From Hemiscyllium ocellatum (lineage: Eukaryota), in assembly GCF_020745735.1 (NCBI RefSeq), contig NC_083427.1, positions 3,069,438 to 3,133,437 on the forward strand: DNA of 64,000 nucleotides, given 5' to 3'. The notes beneath the pieces are model-generated. The model was not told the DNA's origin. It was given only the letters and a program-made list of their open reading frames with translations, and did no database searches. Shown one piece after another: positions 37,270 to 51,224 of the stretch; the first letter of the stretch is position 1, and each line of letters opens with the position of its first letter. The position numbers and the translations under genes were made by a program.

Positions 37270-38130
37270 ATAAATGGACAGCGAAGAAGGCTACTTCAGA
37301 GTGCAACAGAATGTTGTTCAGATGGGGAAATGGGGTGAAAACTGCCAGTGGAGTTTAATTTAGATAAATGTGGGGTGCTGCGTTTTGGAAAGGCAAATGA
37401 GGGCACAATTTATATATCTAATGGTAAGATCTGCTGATAATTGTTAAAAAACGAGTACCTGGAGTGCAGATACATGGTTCCTTGAAAGTGAAGTCGCAGA
37501 TCGATAGGCGAGTGAGGAGTGGGGGGGGGGGGGGTGGGGGTCATACTGTGGCTGTACAGAACATGCCTGAGGCCACTATTGGAATACCGTGTGCAATTCT
37601 GGTCTCCCATGCTATAAGAAGGGTGTTGTGAAACTTGAAAGTGTTCAGAAAAGATTTGCAAAGATGTTAACAGATTTGGAAGGTTTGAGCTTACAGGGAG
37701 AGGCTGAATAGACTAGGGTATTTTCTCTGGAGCGTGGGAGCCCGTTGGGTGAGTTGAAAGAGGTTTATAAAATCATGAGGAGCACAAATAAGGTAATTAG
37801 CCAAAGTCTTTTTTTTCGGGGATGGGGGAGTCCAAAGGTGAGGGCATGGGTTTAAGACGAAATGTTAAAAAAATTAAAAAGAACCCCGGGGGAACCTGGT
37901 TCATACATCGGGCAGTCCATTAATGGAATGAGCTGCCAGAGGAAGTGGTTAGGACTTTTGGAATCACAATATTGCAATGGAATCTTGGTGTGGAAAAAAA
38001 AACAGGAAGGATTTAGAGGCATAAGTGCCAAATGCTGACAAACGGGACGAGATTTATTTAGGGCATCTGGTCAACAGGGATGAGTTGGACCAAAGGGTAT
38101 GTTTCCATGTTGTGTATCTCTGTGACTCTT
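37270..38130 (+). mobile_element. CR1 LINE 3' fragment containing a G run at about 37520-37540
   Basis: ggccactattggaataccgtgtgcaattctggtctcc (RPLLEYRVQFWSP); tail tatctctgtgactct. Confidence 0.85.
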
Positions 38131-38559
38131 TGACACCACTAGATATAGTACCTACTACTAATTGACTGTTCCAATATCATAGCATCCCATAAACAGATTA
38201 TTTGGCAAAAGGGTAAACTGAGACACAGATTCTCGCATGCAGTTCTTTAGGAGAAAGAAACATTCAGAGGAAATTCAGAGTGTAGCAGCCAAGAGACAAT
38301 TACTGGAGCTCTTGAGAACCCAAAAAGCTTCTGAGTTACTGGTAAAAAAAACAAGAAATCTGGATCCATGATCACTGGCCACATCCATCAGGCTGCTTCC
38401 ATTCTTCTAATTTTTCAATGCCTTAATGCCTCACAACTTGTTTACTTAAATTGTCTTCAGTAGTCAGTTCAGAACTTCTGCCTTGCAGCTTCTTTTCAAA
38501 AATAAGGTCAAACTACCTTTTTTAAAGTGACAGCATCGTCGCATACATAAAATATTTCA

Positions 38560-38670
38560 CACACATATATATATATAAATATATATATATATACACACAC
38601 ACACACATATATATATAGATATATATATATATATATAAATAAAATGCATATGTACATCTACACACGTACA
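38560..38670. repeat. (TA)n/(CA)n compound microsatellite
   Basis: cacacatatatatatataaatatatatatatatacacacacacacacatatatatagatatatatatatatata. Confidence 0.95.
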
Positions 38671-40849
38671 CATGTATCTGTGTGTTGATAGACGTTTCTA
38701 CTATTCCGCCTTAGTGGTGTCACCACTCATTGCATGACACAGTTGAAATGAAGCCCTAATCTTCTTGTAGTCATCCTGGGAGTTATTTTTTTTTCCTTTT
38801 AGTATACACAAAAAGCTATAAACTACTTAATGTTTAGAACCAGATTGATGGAAAGCATGGAACAGGTTTCTATCCTGAAGAGGAAAATGTGCAAATTAGA
38901 TTTATTAGTTAATTAGGTGCTAGGAACAGATAATCAATTATATACCACCAGCGTCACACTATAAGTTAAAACACTAAACTCTTTTAAAACCCCTGATACA
39001 CACACACAAACACACAGGCATAGAGAGAGAAAGGATGTGGATGGAATCAGTTCCCGCATCACAGTTTACAAGATGTTTTTGGGTTGATTCTAGTTGATCC
39101 TGAGGCTTCTCCTCGGCATTCGTTTCACAGAATGCTGTCAATTGGTTTGCAAGAGGCCAAGGCATTTGGTTTTTGCGTACGGGTTCTCTGGCTTCTCAAT
39201 TCAAAGTTACAACTTACATTGACTAACAACGGAAAAATTAGCTGTCTTATTCAGTTTCGAAATGTTTTATTGCAGAGATCTGAGAGAGAGTTTCTGCCTA
39301 CTGCGAGCCCTGCGGGTTTCTTTTTCATGACATGAGAAAGTTTCTCTCTGTTTTGTTGATAGCTCAAGCTGTTTAACTACCCGATGACCAATTATATATT
39401 TGTTGTCAAGCGGAGGACCTTTGTCATTGATAACTCGTCATTGGTCCATAAACCAAGCAACTTCATTTGTAAATAATTCCTAGGATCAGAATCATTTGTA
39501 CATTGCTGGAAAGCACAACCACACGAACAGTGTTAATAATACGTGTCACTTATTTTCAAAGTATGCAATGATTCTTGCAAAACCCTGTGTTTCAAGCAGA
39601 TATTTTTCATTTTCGCCCACTATGTTTTAAAAAAATCACAAACAAGCAAAATGATTACGATAGGAATATCTTTCGCCAGCAAAATGTATCCTTGTTCCCC
39701 ACCATTACAGAAATAGTTGAACACTGAATGTTAACATGCAGGTGTTTATTCCTCCATTGAAAATCTATCCATTAGGTTCTGTCTTTCAGTTGCTTTCTAT
39801 CAGGGACAGACGAGCATTCTGTTTCATGTCTCTCTGCCTTTCTACCTCAGAGAAATACCTAAAATCTGATGTCTGCCCTTTTTGTCACAATCCCTTTTGG
39901 AACTATCACTACACTGGCAAGATATTCGGTCCCTTTCCACGACAACATATAAAAAGTCTAACTGATAATGTTAGTCTGCTTTTCTCTCTTGACTGCGGGA
40001 GAATTTTACACTGTACCACTGTCGGAACATTTCCTCAAGCGAGATAATTGGGCATTCTCAGTCCCTGGCCTCAGGAAATTATTTTACTTCCTCACCCCTC
40101 TCCTCAGTGACTAGTATTGGTCAACTCGGCTTGCACAGAATGGTGGATGCACACTGATATTCGAATTTCATTGCCTCATTTAGGCTAAATTAATGAGGAC
40201 TGATGTTTGTTTCTTGATTTATTACCCTCAGCGAAATTTCGGCATGAAGGTAGATGTACCTCAGTTGTTAATCTCAACATTTGATTTGCATAATCATCAA
40301 TGTCTGTCAGTCTTCTGCTCTCAAGGAAGCGATTTCCGTACAGTTCTTCGCCTTTTGGTCTTTCTTGCCTCAGAGAGTTCCCATACAATGGCTGGTGGCG
40401 TTCTTTACTTGGTGGGGTGAAGGGCCTGTTTCTGTGCAACACTGCTTTTTCTTCATTCTATCACTGTCAGAGCAATAACTTTATACTAAACAGCATCTTT
40501 TCCTCCCTCTTACTCAGAAACCGTCTTTGAACACTAATAGTTCTTATCTCCCTGCCTCACTTTCCTCTGAAAATCACTCTTCTGGATTTTTGGTGTCTCG
40601 ATTTCTTCACTTCGACAGCCAAAAGGCATCACTCTCATAGGCTATCAATGCATATTCTTCTAACTTCTCCCTATGATAACCCTCTCTCAAGGGTCTCATA
40701 ATCAACTTGTTCAGTTCAGTACAGTCTTGACAAGGGTAAGTATATATATGTCGAGAGTGTTCATGGAGTATCGAACGCATCATTCTTTTCGAGTCCCTAC
40801 AGTATGTAAAGAGGCCATTTGTCCCAATTAACACAGGCAGCTACATTCC

Positions 40850-41095
40850 GCTACTACTCTGCATTTGCCCCTGAGATATGCGCCGAACCTACACATCACT
40901 GAACACTATAAGCATTTTTAGCACAACAATTTACTTAACCTGCACATCTTTGGATTGTGGGGTGAAACCGGAACACCTGGAGGAAACCAATGCAGACATG
41001 TGTTAACTCCACTCACCCAATTGACCGAGGCTGGAATCGAACCGTGGTCCCTGGCACTGTGAGGCAGCAGTGCTAACCACTGAGCCCCCGTGTCA
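40850..41095 (-). mobile_element. HE1-like tRNA-derived SINE
   Basis: Minus head gggctcagtggttagcactgctgcctcacagtgccagggaccacggttcgattcc (A and B boxes). Confidence 0.85.
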
Positions 41096-41109
41096 CTGAT
41101 GTAGTGATA

Positions 41110-42860
41110 ATCAAGCAGCCTCTCTTGTCCTCAATGGTGTGATGGGTCTTGAGTGTTACTGGAACTGCAGCCATCCAGACAAGTGGAGAATGGTTCATCA
41201 GGCGATGGCTTCTGGCTTGTGGACAGCCTTGGAACAATCATAGAAATCGAGGACCCCTACTGGAAATCATAAACTCCCCACAGAATGGAAATAGGCCCTC
41301 TGGATCAACATGTCAACACCGACCTTCAGAAGAACATTCCATTCAGACCCATTACTCGACATTTCCACTGACTAGTGCACCTGAGCTACACATCCCTGAA
41401 CACTATGGGCAACTTAGTTTAGCCTATTCACCTGATGTGCACATTTTTGGAAAGTGGGGGGAAGTTGGAGCACTCAGAGGAAACCCATGCAATCACAGGG
41501 AGAATGTGCAAACTCCACAGATAGTCACCCGAGGTTGGAATCGAACCCAGGTCCCTGCTGCTGGGAAGCAGCACTGCTGAACCATCGTGCTGCCCAATCA
41601 GAGGTAAGTGACTCGATGCAATATTCCTCTGACCAGCTGATTTGGCCATTGTATTCACAAAACTAATCAAGATTAGGCTCATTGGTCAATGGTAATACCC
41701 ACATTTTTTGCTAGTGTGAGACTCAGTGTTGGGAATGCTATTGAATGACAATGTAATTAGGTTGTCTCTTATTGGAGATGGTCAGCAAGTACTTTTGTAA
41801 CACAAATGTTACTTTCTACTTTTCAGCCTAAACCTGGATATTGATCATGTCTTGTTGTATTTGAACTTGGACTCCAGTATCTGAGGAGTTGCGAGTGGTG
41901 CTGAATCTTGTACGATCATCGGCAAATGTCCACAATTCTTCCTTTATTATGGAGGGAAATTCATTGATGAAGCGGCTGAAGATGATTTGTCCCTGGGGCA
42001 CTACTCTCTGGAATTCCTGCAGTGATGTGCTGGAGCTGAGATGACTGACCACCAATAACATCTTCTTTTCTGCCAGATACATGCCCAAACAGTGGAGAAT
42101 TTTCCCTCTGAATCATATTGAATTCAATTTCGCTCGGAATCCTTGACCCATACGCGGTCAAATGCAGCTATTTTCAGTAATTTTCAGCTACCTCTGAAAG
42201 TCTGCTGTTTTGTTTATGTTTGAACCAATCTGTGCTGAGGTTGGGAATGATGTGATCTGAGCGAAAGATAATCTGGGTGTCAGCTAGCAGGCCATTTCTG
42301 AGTAGGTTGCGGCTTTTTAGCAGTACCCCTGGCACTTTCCATGACTTTACTGATCATCGAGGGTAGATTGATGCTTTGGTGACTGGGCGGATTAGATTTG
42401 CCCTGCTTTTTGTCTTCAGGAAATTTTCCACATTCCCGGGTAGATACCAATGTCCTAGATGCACTGCAAGAGTTCTGGCAAGTTCTGGATTTCAAATCCT
42501 CAATACTATGGCTGCAATATTATCAGAAGGCACTGCCTATGAAATATCCAGTGCCTCCAACCACTTCTTGTTACCGTGTGGAGTGAATTAATTTGAATGA
42601 AGACAAACATATTGGTTTTGCAAGAGCTGTGGACATCCACCTATGTGAATTCGCAATCTGCCACTGGTACACTTGCCTGCCCGTCCGTTCCATTTGGTCC
42701 TCAAGAGATTCTCAAAACCAAGATCAGAAGCCACACACTTGTGCATTCAGCTGGACTACCAGTACTGATTTGAGGTCTAATTTAACCGATGAAGAGTGGT
42801 TGAATTCAATTCTATCTAATAACGTGGGCCTTGGAAATTTGGTTGGATATTGATCACTAA
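41110..42860 (-). mobile_element. Old CR1/L2-clade LINE RT fragment of a different family, interrupted by a SINE at 41325-41595; further pieces near 43100-43170 and 44020-44200
   Basis: ORF 41828-42088 has PQG..IFSRFINE..FADD; ORF 42280-42495 has INLPSMISKVMES. Confidence 0.75.
41325..41595 (-). mobile_element. HE1-like tRNA-derived SINE
   Basis: Minus head ggcagcacgatggttcagcagtgc...ctgggttcgattcc; body matches the other copies. Confidence 0.8.
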
Positions 42861-43969
42861 TCATGCAAGATCAAGGATCTAATATAGAGTCATACAGAAC
42901 GGAAACAGACCTCTTGGTCCAACCAGTCCATGCCGACCAAAATCCCAAATAAACTAATCCACACTTGGCTACGCTTGGACCATGTCCCTCCAAACATTTC
43001 TTGTTCATGCATTAATCCGTTAAAATGTTGTAAATACACCGTAACTAAAGCTTCCTCTGGAAGTTAATTCCACACACGAGCTACTCTCATTGTAAAAAAG
43101 TTGAATGAACGCAAATGTTCAAGGAGATTAAAAATGACGGTTCCTTTCTCTGCTGGAGGATTGTGGATTGTAGTGTATAACACCTGAACGCTCATCTTTG
43201 GGAACAAGAGAACATTTCAGCCAAAAAACAACCCTAATATCACATACTTGCAGACACTTATCACCATCAACCCAGCGACACTTAACACCATCAACATCAT
43301 CTGCACCTCTGTTCATTATTTTCCTGGAAATCCTGACCTGGTCTCTGTTGTTCAGGCCTGAGAACACATGTGGGGTTTAATTGATTCACATATTCAAGCA
43401 CCAACACGTAATAACAAGCCTTAATCTTTAGTTAGGAAAAGTAAAAAATCAATTGTCACAGCACAGTTGGATGTTCTCAGTATGCATTTAGATTTCTATC
43501 ACTTCAGGTAACATTCAATATTTACCATTTTGTCAAAATGAAAGGCAAACAAAACGTAATCAACCATGTCACACTATCCTTCGTTACTTAAATATTTTTG
43601 AGTTTTTTGTTGGAAATTTTTATTTTCTGAAGTAACATTAATCTCTACCTCTGGACCACATATCTCTGTCTCACTTTCTGTCATTCTCATTCGTGCACAC
43701 GCTCTAAATCTCTTCAGCAATTTATGCATTGCACAGATTTCTGTTTAACATACCAATATCAATTCGTCCTTAACCATCTCTGCTGTTATATTTCCCTCCC
43801 GTCTCATGTCCTATGTCCAGATGTCTCGACATTCTATCTTAAACGTCGGAATTTCATCTTCAGATTACAAGAATCCATTGTTATTTATTGAGCCATTTCG
43901 ATGAATATATCTACACCTCCGTGACTGAAGCACTGATGTGTCTTCATGTAAAAACATACACATAAAAAA

Positions 43970-43997
43970 CAGAGAGAGAGAGAGAGAGAGAGAGATC
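43970..43997. repeat. (AG)n microsatellite
   Basis: cagagagagagagagagagagagaga. Confidence 0.95.
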
Positions 43998-46359
43998 TCA
44001 AACTGTTGTTAGTGAGGTATTCAGTGATGGCGTGAGTATGAATGTCAAGGAGTGATGGTTAGATTGTTTCTTGCTGGACATGGCCATTAGCTAGCTTAAT
44101 GCTACTCGCTACTTCTCAGCACAGGCTTGGATACTATCCAAGTCTTAATCATGTTAGACAGGGACTGTCAGTGCTGAACATCATCAAATTTGTTACTTAG
44201 TCACAACAGTCAATCTCTGTTTCCACGACAATTGTGGGATAACAGATGCGGCTATAGTATGTCTCACTGCGTTCATATTGAATAGACTGGAAGTTTCTGC
44301 ATTTATATAACACATCAATGTTTATTTCCATACTACTTCCACTGAAGATAAATGTTGAGACAATGAGTGTCAACAACCAAAGCCAACGACGAAACTCTCC
44401 CCATTCACCTCCCAGCCCTCACGCAGCCGCCAGAAACTGATAATTTTATTTACCAACTGCGTGCACAAATGAGGATAAAGTACAATTTCTGCGCACCATC
44501 CCTCCTCCCATTCAATACCAGTGTGGAGAAACATGTTGATCGCTAATTGCAATCGTGGAAGGCAAGTAACATTACAAAAAATATCCACGTGTTGCGTTGC
44601 TCTGAGTAAATGATCGCGTAATTACTGATAATGAGTATAAGACATTATTCTTTTTGTTTAAAAGCGTTTTACGTTGTTCCTGCAGTTTTCTTTACGATTT
44701 CCTCTGGTGATAACAGAACTACAATCGTTCGAATTATTCTTAGTACATTGTATTTCCAGTTTTGTGCTGGTTAAGAAATGAAAGTAATTCGCCGTTAAGT
44801 CAGGAAAGATTGCATGTTTTTCAAGATATTGGCCGTTAATGAATTTGGATATCATGAGTAAACTCTGATTCCTGATAACTCTGTCGTTCTGTTATCAGTG
44901 ATGGCAGCATGAGATGATGGGGGTGATTATTGTGTTGAAAAGCAAAACTTCCGGTGTGACACTTCCAGGAAGAAATTATTTGTTGCGCAAAGCAGTTGCT
45001 TAATTTATTCTTTTTCTGCTCCGGTTGCAGGGCCCAAGTCACATTGTGTAAAAATAGAGACGTAAACCGACGGAGCAGTGACGAAGTTTGAGATGCAACG
45101 TGGGAATTTCCAGTATTTTGCTGGTCTCGACAGTAAATAAGTGACGGTACAAATGTCACAATGATATGCCGCTAAATTTACAACGTCCACGTTCCTCAGA
45201 ACCAAGTATCAACGTTAATTGTCAAAGCTTTGCAGACAACGTTACATGGTTTCCCTTTTGGCACTCTGAGCTGTGCGAGAAGCTGTCGACTGCTGGCTGC
45301 GGTGTTCAAGACTTCCCATGATTATTGCCAGGTCAGAGGAATAGGAAACTGAAAGACAGCGAACTCATGAGCGCCGACGAGTACAAACACAGAGCAGATG
45401 TAAAGAAAGTATTACTTATGTCCTCCTCAGCATCAACGAAAAATCTTAGCTTATTGGGCTTTGCTCGCTCTGTCCCCATTATCCCTGAATCATTCTCCAA
45501 CAGACCCACTCTGTCCAAGTAGCGCTGCATTAATTGCAAACCACCACCTTAACACTTCGGCTCAAATCATTCAGAACTCAATAGCACAGTGCCCTTACCT
45601 CTTCACATCCCTGTATCTATCCTAACTTAATTCCACTATTTCTCTCATTTATCCCTGTGTCAATTGAAGCTCACTCGAATGCACAAAGGCCCGCTCTCTA
45701 CTATAGCTGTGTATAATTTCCTCTCTTCCCCTTGCCCTGAATTGAACATAAAGTAATTTAACAGCTTTACTAGCAGCTTTCTAGCCTATATTATTCACAA
45801 AATATTTCAAGGCACCTACTTTCCCATTGCTCTATCGCATTCAGAGCAAATTATACTACCAATTTCTCACCCCATTGCACTGTTTTGTGTCTAAACTGTC
45901 TTCATTTTACCTCAAATCCGTGAACAGTGATTGTACTAATTGCAAAATCTCGCCCTCTGTTAATAATCCTCCAGGAATGTTAATATTTAATTGGAAATAA
46001 ACCCAACTTGTGCTCGCTCAACATAGCTATATAATCATTTTCGGTTATTCCCACGTCGCTGTCCACCACGATAAATAAGGATGAATCCAACACTGAAATA
46101 TTATCTCATTTTGAGTGCACAACATTGGAACCAAAACGTAACACTGCCTCACATAGAGTATAAATTCGGATCATTGTTGCTTTGTACCAAACATTAAGAT
46201 GACATTGTTAACAACAAGAAAGATAAGTGATCCTTCGACTTCAGTGTGCCGAATAGTGAGAACAACAAAGTGGGCAATCGCAGTTACAGCACAGAAAACG
46301 TCGTCGATATATGACATATGATATGAAAAGATATAGTACTGAACAAGCGCAGGTCTTAA

Positions 46360-46920
46360 TAGTAGAAAGAAAACAGGTAGAATCTGTTTCCAGGGAGGTG
46401 GAACTGTCCAATGTACAGAGACTGGCGAAACTGGGCCTGAATTGTCTGGAGTTTCAATGACTGAGAGGTGATCTTACTGAAACTTGCGAAATACTTAAAG
46501 GAATGCACAAGATCGATGCAGGCGGGATGTTCGCCCTCTAGTCGTGGAGTCTATAATCGGAGACATAATTTAAAATAAGAGGGATAAAACTTATGAGAAA
46601 AATAACAGGAAATCCTTTTCTTACTCGGATGATCGTTCACCTTTGAAATTCGCTACCACAGATGGATGTGGAAGCTTAATGTTTGAAATGGTTTAAAGTA
46701 AGCATCGATAGATTTCTGATTACCAGTTGTGTGAAAAATTAGGGGGATAATGTGGGATTGAGTTTTCTAACAGGCACACTTGTGTTCAATAGTGGAGGAG
46801 TTGATTGGGCTGATTGACGCTATGTCGTATGTTCCTAAATACGATTTGCTATGCCTAGATTTTACTCTAAAAATAGAAAAAAGGTATGAGTACAAAAAAT
46901 ATTGATCCTCACACATTGCA
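46360..46920 (+). mobile_element. Decayed CR1 3' fragment
   Basis: gagaggtgatcttactgaaacttgcgaaatacttaaagg (RGDL.ET..IL.G) and downstream similarity to the other CR1 3' ends. Confidence 0.7.
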
Positions 46921-47559
46921 TGCATGACCACAGAGGACTGACTGCTCTGGACGGAGCAGTCCTGTAACATCCTGTAATATTATGCAATTTCATGTCTGGA
47001 TTGAGTGACCATTGCTTGGCACTGCTGAACTGCGACCTCCTGTTAATATTTCAAATAGCCTTTACAGAAACTCAGCCTTTCCTGGAAATTTTGACACAAC
47101 GCAGTGTGATGCGTTGTCAGCAGTATCAGGCATTTATATCCCCCCCCACTTTATCAACAAGCCTGTTTTATAGTTTTGATGGAGTCTTCCATATTTATCT
47201 TATCCTTTGTGTGAAAAAAGCTTTCTTCGCTTTTGCTCTGATTAGATAAGCTGCACCTGTAAACTTCCATCCCTGACTTGCCATCGAATGATATAATGTT
47301 TCCCTAAAAACAGTTCATCAAATAGTTTAAGCACGTTAGGTCTACAAATTAAATCAGTGAGTTCGGTTTGAAACTCAAGATTGTGGAAGAGATGCCTATG
47401 TAATTTAGTCATAATATTTCATTGTTTTGTCCCCAGATCATTCTATCCAAACTTGACTTCACGAGCAATTCATGAGGCTGCATCTCCAAAACTGATGAGG
47501 CTCTCGTCGATGTCCCAATCTTGAGTCAATCTGGTTCTATTCCTAAAGTGGGATTTATA

Positions 47560-48430
47560 GAATATTACATGGATTGACTGAAGGCAATGAATTTTTGAGC
47601 AGAATACAGCCTACCTGCAAACATAATTCTGCAGATACAAATTCGCCCCATAAACTTATACATGTGCATGTGCCGATGAGACAGAGCGAGTGTGTGCGTA
47701 TGGGTGTGTGAGTGCATGTGAGAGAATGTGTTGAGCGTGTGTACGCTTGTTAAAGTATGTTTGTGAGTGCGATTGGTTAAAAGCCTGTGAGAGGGTGTGT
47801 GAGCGCATTTGAGTTTGGGTTGTGATGGGTTTGGGTGTGGGTGTTGAGCACGCGCTTGTGTGCGCTTGTGAGAGAGTGTATAAAGCACGAGGGTCACCTG
47901 TAGTGTGACATGAAACCAAGGTGCCGGTTAAGGCCATCCTCATGCGTACCAAACTTGTTAATCAGCCTTACTCAGTCACTTTGCATAGTTGCCTGGCCTG
48001 AAGTTCTCCTTGGAGGATGGTCACCCGAACGTACGAGGCAGAATATCTTGGACCGCTGAAGTGTTGCCTGGCTGGAAGGGAACATCCCTGCCTAGTGATT
48101 GTTGTGGTCGACCACAATACCGTGCAAACCCGTCACAGCAATTGCTGCAAGATATGTCAGAGTGCCAGCATGCATGCCACCATTATTCATGGGGACACCA
48201 CCCACCAGGTATGTGGCAGGTACTCAAGTGACGTTTATAGGGTGAAATTGCATCTACAGAATTATAATTGCAGATACATTCTATTTTGCTTAAAAATGCA
48301 GTCAATCCATGTAAAATTCTATGCATCCACTTTAGAAATAGAACCAGTCTGACTCAAGATTGGACAGAGACAGACTTTAATCTCACACCTTTAATGCAAT
48401 GTCTGAGCTGTGGTGGCACCTTTTGTCAGA
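47560..48430 (-). mobile_element. Penelope-like element 3' fragment with a CA-rich low-complexity UTR and terminal repeat
   Basis: Minus: HFSGPRYSASYVRVTILQG..RLINKFGTHEDGLNRHLGFMSHYR*. gactcaa...tggttcta-type segments recur at about 47520 and 48340. Confidence 0.7.
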
Positions 48431-48814
48431 AAATCTGAATGTGTCTTAAAAGAAGTTCTGAAATGTGCATATTAAAGAACCGAAACGAGAAAACATATTT
48501 TAAAAGGTGAAAGACGTAACCTAGGTTCATCATTTCAGCCGCATGACACTATAATATTTTACAAAACATTTTGTGTCTTGTGGCCCTGTTTCACAATCGC
48601 ATGATGAAGGAGCAGCACTTCGAAAGCAAGTGCCTCCAAATAACTCAGTTGGGCTATAACATGGTGTTGTTTGATTTTTAACTTTTCTTTTAATGTGCAG
48701 ATGCATGAGGTCCAAGCTTGTTGCTTTAACAGGTTGGTGCAGTGTTTGCTGAGACACATGGTAATATCTTAAAACAAACAAATTCTTAGAGCGAAGAATG
48801 TTACCTCAGATTAT

Positions 48815-49680
48815 AATGGGATGTTGAGCAGATGGGACAATGGACTGAGAAGTGGCAGATGGAGTTTAATTTAGATAAATGCGAGGTGCTGCATTTTGGG
48901 AAAGCAAATCTTAACAGGACTTATGCACTTAATGGTAAGGTCCGAGCGAATGTTGCTGAACAAAGTGACCTTGGAGTGCAGGTTCATAGATCCTTGAAAG
49001 TGGAGTCGCAGGTAGATAAGATAGTGAAGAAGGCGTTTGGGAAGCTTTACATTGTTGGCCAGAGTATTGATACAGGAGTTGGGAGGTAATTTTTGCAGCT
49101 GTATAGGAGATTGGTGAGGCCACTTTTGGAATATTGTGTGAAATTCTGGTCTCCTTCCGATTGGAAAAATGTTGTGAATCTTTGAAAAATGCTGAAAAGA
49201 TTTACAAGAATGATGCCAGGGTTGGATGATTCGAACAATAAGGAGAAGTTGAATAGGCTGGGGCTGGTTTCCCTGGAGCGTCGGAGACTGAGGGGGGGAC
49301 CTTATAGAGGTTTATAAAATCATGAGGGGCATGGATAGGATAAATAGACAAAGTTTCTTCTCTGGGGTGGGGGTGTCCAGAACTAGAGAGCGTAGGTTTA
49401 GGGTGAGATGGGTAAGATATAAAATGTACCTAAGGGGTAACTTTTTCATGCAGAGGGTGGTACGTGTATGGAATGAGCTGCCAGAGGAAGTGGAGGAGAC
49501 TAGTACGATTGCAACATTTAAAAAGCATCTGGATGAGTATATGAACAGAAAGGGTTTGGAGAGATATGGGCTGGGTGCTGTCAGGTGGGACTAGATTAGG
49601 TTGGAATATGTTGTCAGCATGGACGAGTTGGACTGAAGGGTATGTTTCCAAGCTGTTTATCTGTATGATTCTCTGACTCT
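48815..49680 (+). mobile_element. CR1 LINE 3' fragment
   Basis: ORFs 48832-49089 (WQMEFNLDKCEVLHFG, DLGVQV) and 49322-49594; tail ctgtatgattctctgactctat. Confidence 0.92.
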
Positions 49681-51224
49681 ATAAATCTTTATAAAGTCCA
49701 AGTTCATACTTTTAAGTCACTGCTGATAGAGGATTGAGGAACATGACGGGCTAGCACGTTCGAACTTGCAGTTGATTCCCATTTTTCTTTATTGGTTTTG
49801 CTGATGGTCAAGACGAAAGTCTAACTTTGAGTTTCTAGATCTGATCTGAAGTTATCTTATGTAACCCAGTCAGAGTGCCATAAGATGTGTAGATCATGAT
49901 CTTAAGGTGAAGAGTTAACATAATGTCCTTCCCATACACCTTTCCTTCCCCGTGACCATGTGTTCGCCCCTGGCACTAATATTGCCAGATAAATACTCAC
50001 ACAGCAGCACTAAATTTAAGCGAAGGATTTTGATCAAAGCCTTTACTTTTTTCGAAGTGGTTAAAGTATGCAGAATGTAGATTAATTTGCTAACCGAAGC
50101 TATTAACTAACCATTCTATTCCTTGTCCATGTTTGCAACAACGTCATGAAAGATCACGGAGTGCACCACCATGTCAGGGCCTCTGTTCACAACACAGCAT
50201 TCCCATTTACCTGGTGTCTTTGTCCCAATAGAGGAGAGGAATTATCTCAGGTTGACAATGGAACACTTCGGGATCTTAAAACGTTGCTTGGATCTGGGAT
50301 TATGAAAGAATCAACTAGTTGCAGAACTATCACTTGAGGCATCATTCTTCACTTGGCGTGATGCTTCTTTTGCGAGCGTGGACGAATTTGTAGAGTCGAC
50401 TGAATTGGCTGTTGTCTTTTTCGTTGTTCACTCTGCTCTGTTTTCCGAGATCAAAGTCCAGTGCTTCATCCATCCCAGTCACATTATGTCCAATAGTGTG
50501 TTATCACTGACTGGTTTGCTCGGACACTTCTGGGTGTTGTTCGGGGTCAAATACATTGATGTGAATGGGCGTAGCGCATATAATACACCATAGATGGATG
50601 ACAAGTTACTTTTGTAAGTTTATCTCAGTTTGACTCATCCAAATTTTCAGCAAGCCATTCTATCAAATAGCCCATTGGTTTTCCTTTGAAATCACGTAAG
50701 TTACAAGCCTCAATCAATTCCTGTGGGGGCTGACAACACTCAACTGGGAATAAGGCAGACATAATCAAAGCATATATCCAAAACTCATTAAAAAGTGCAT
50801 CATTTTACAAAAATCATAAAAGAGAACTAAAACAAAGCACTTGCCTGGCGGATTATGGCTTACAGATAATAAGCAAAGCACGTTAGGTTTTGTTCTGTAA
50901 CAGTGAATAAAAATAGCCTGTGCAGATTAACAGTTTTAAGGCTTGTAACGTGGAAGTATGAATTCAGTTGGAAGGGAGAATTTTCACTGAATGAGAACAA
51001 TTAACTGTTGGGATAAGCTATGTTTTATCATTCCCAAACTGCTGTAGATGTCTGAATCTGCTTACAATTCTTAACTTGGTCCTTTCCTCACATGCATCTG
51101 ATTATAATTTGAGTATTAATGTAGGATCTGAGATGAAAGCTTGCTCTCTAATGTGGCATGGGTGGTTTAAGCATTGCCCTTACTGTCATTCGGATCTAAT
51201 ATCTATTATGTTAGATCTCAGATC

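Noticed and set aside
39736-40834. Several 65-103 aa ORFs on both strands
   Set aside because: No recognisable motif and overlapping frames on both strands; candidate splice-bounded versions contain stops. Cannot be distinguished from chance or an old repeat.
47565-47952. His/Thr-rich ORFs
   Set aside because: Translation of the CA-rich low-complexity UTR of a Penelope-like element.
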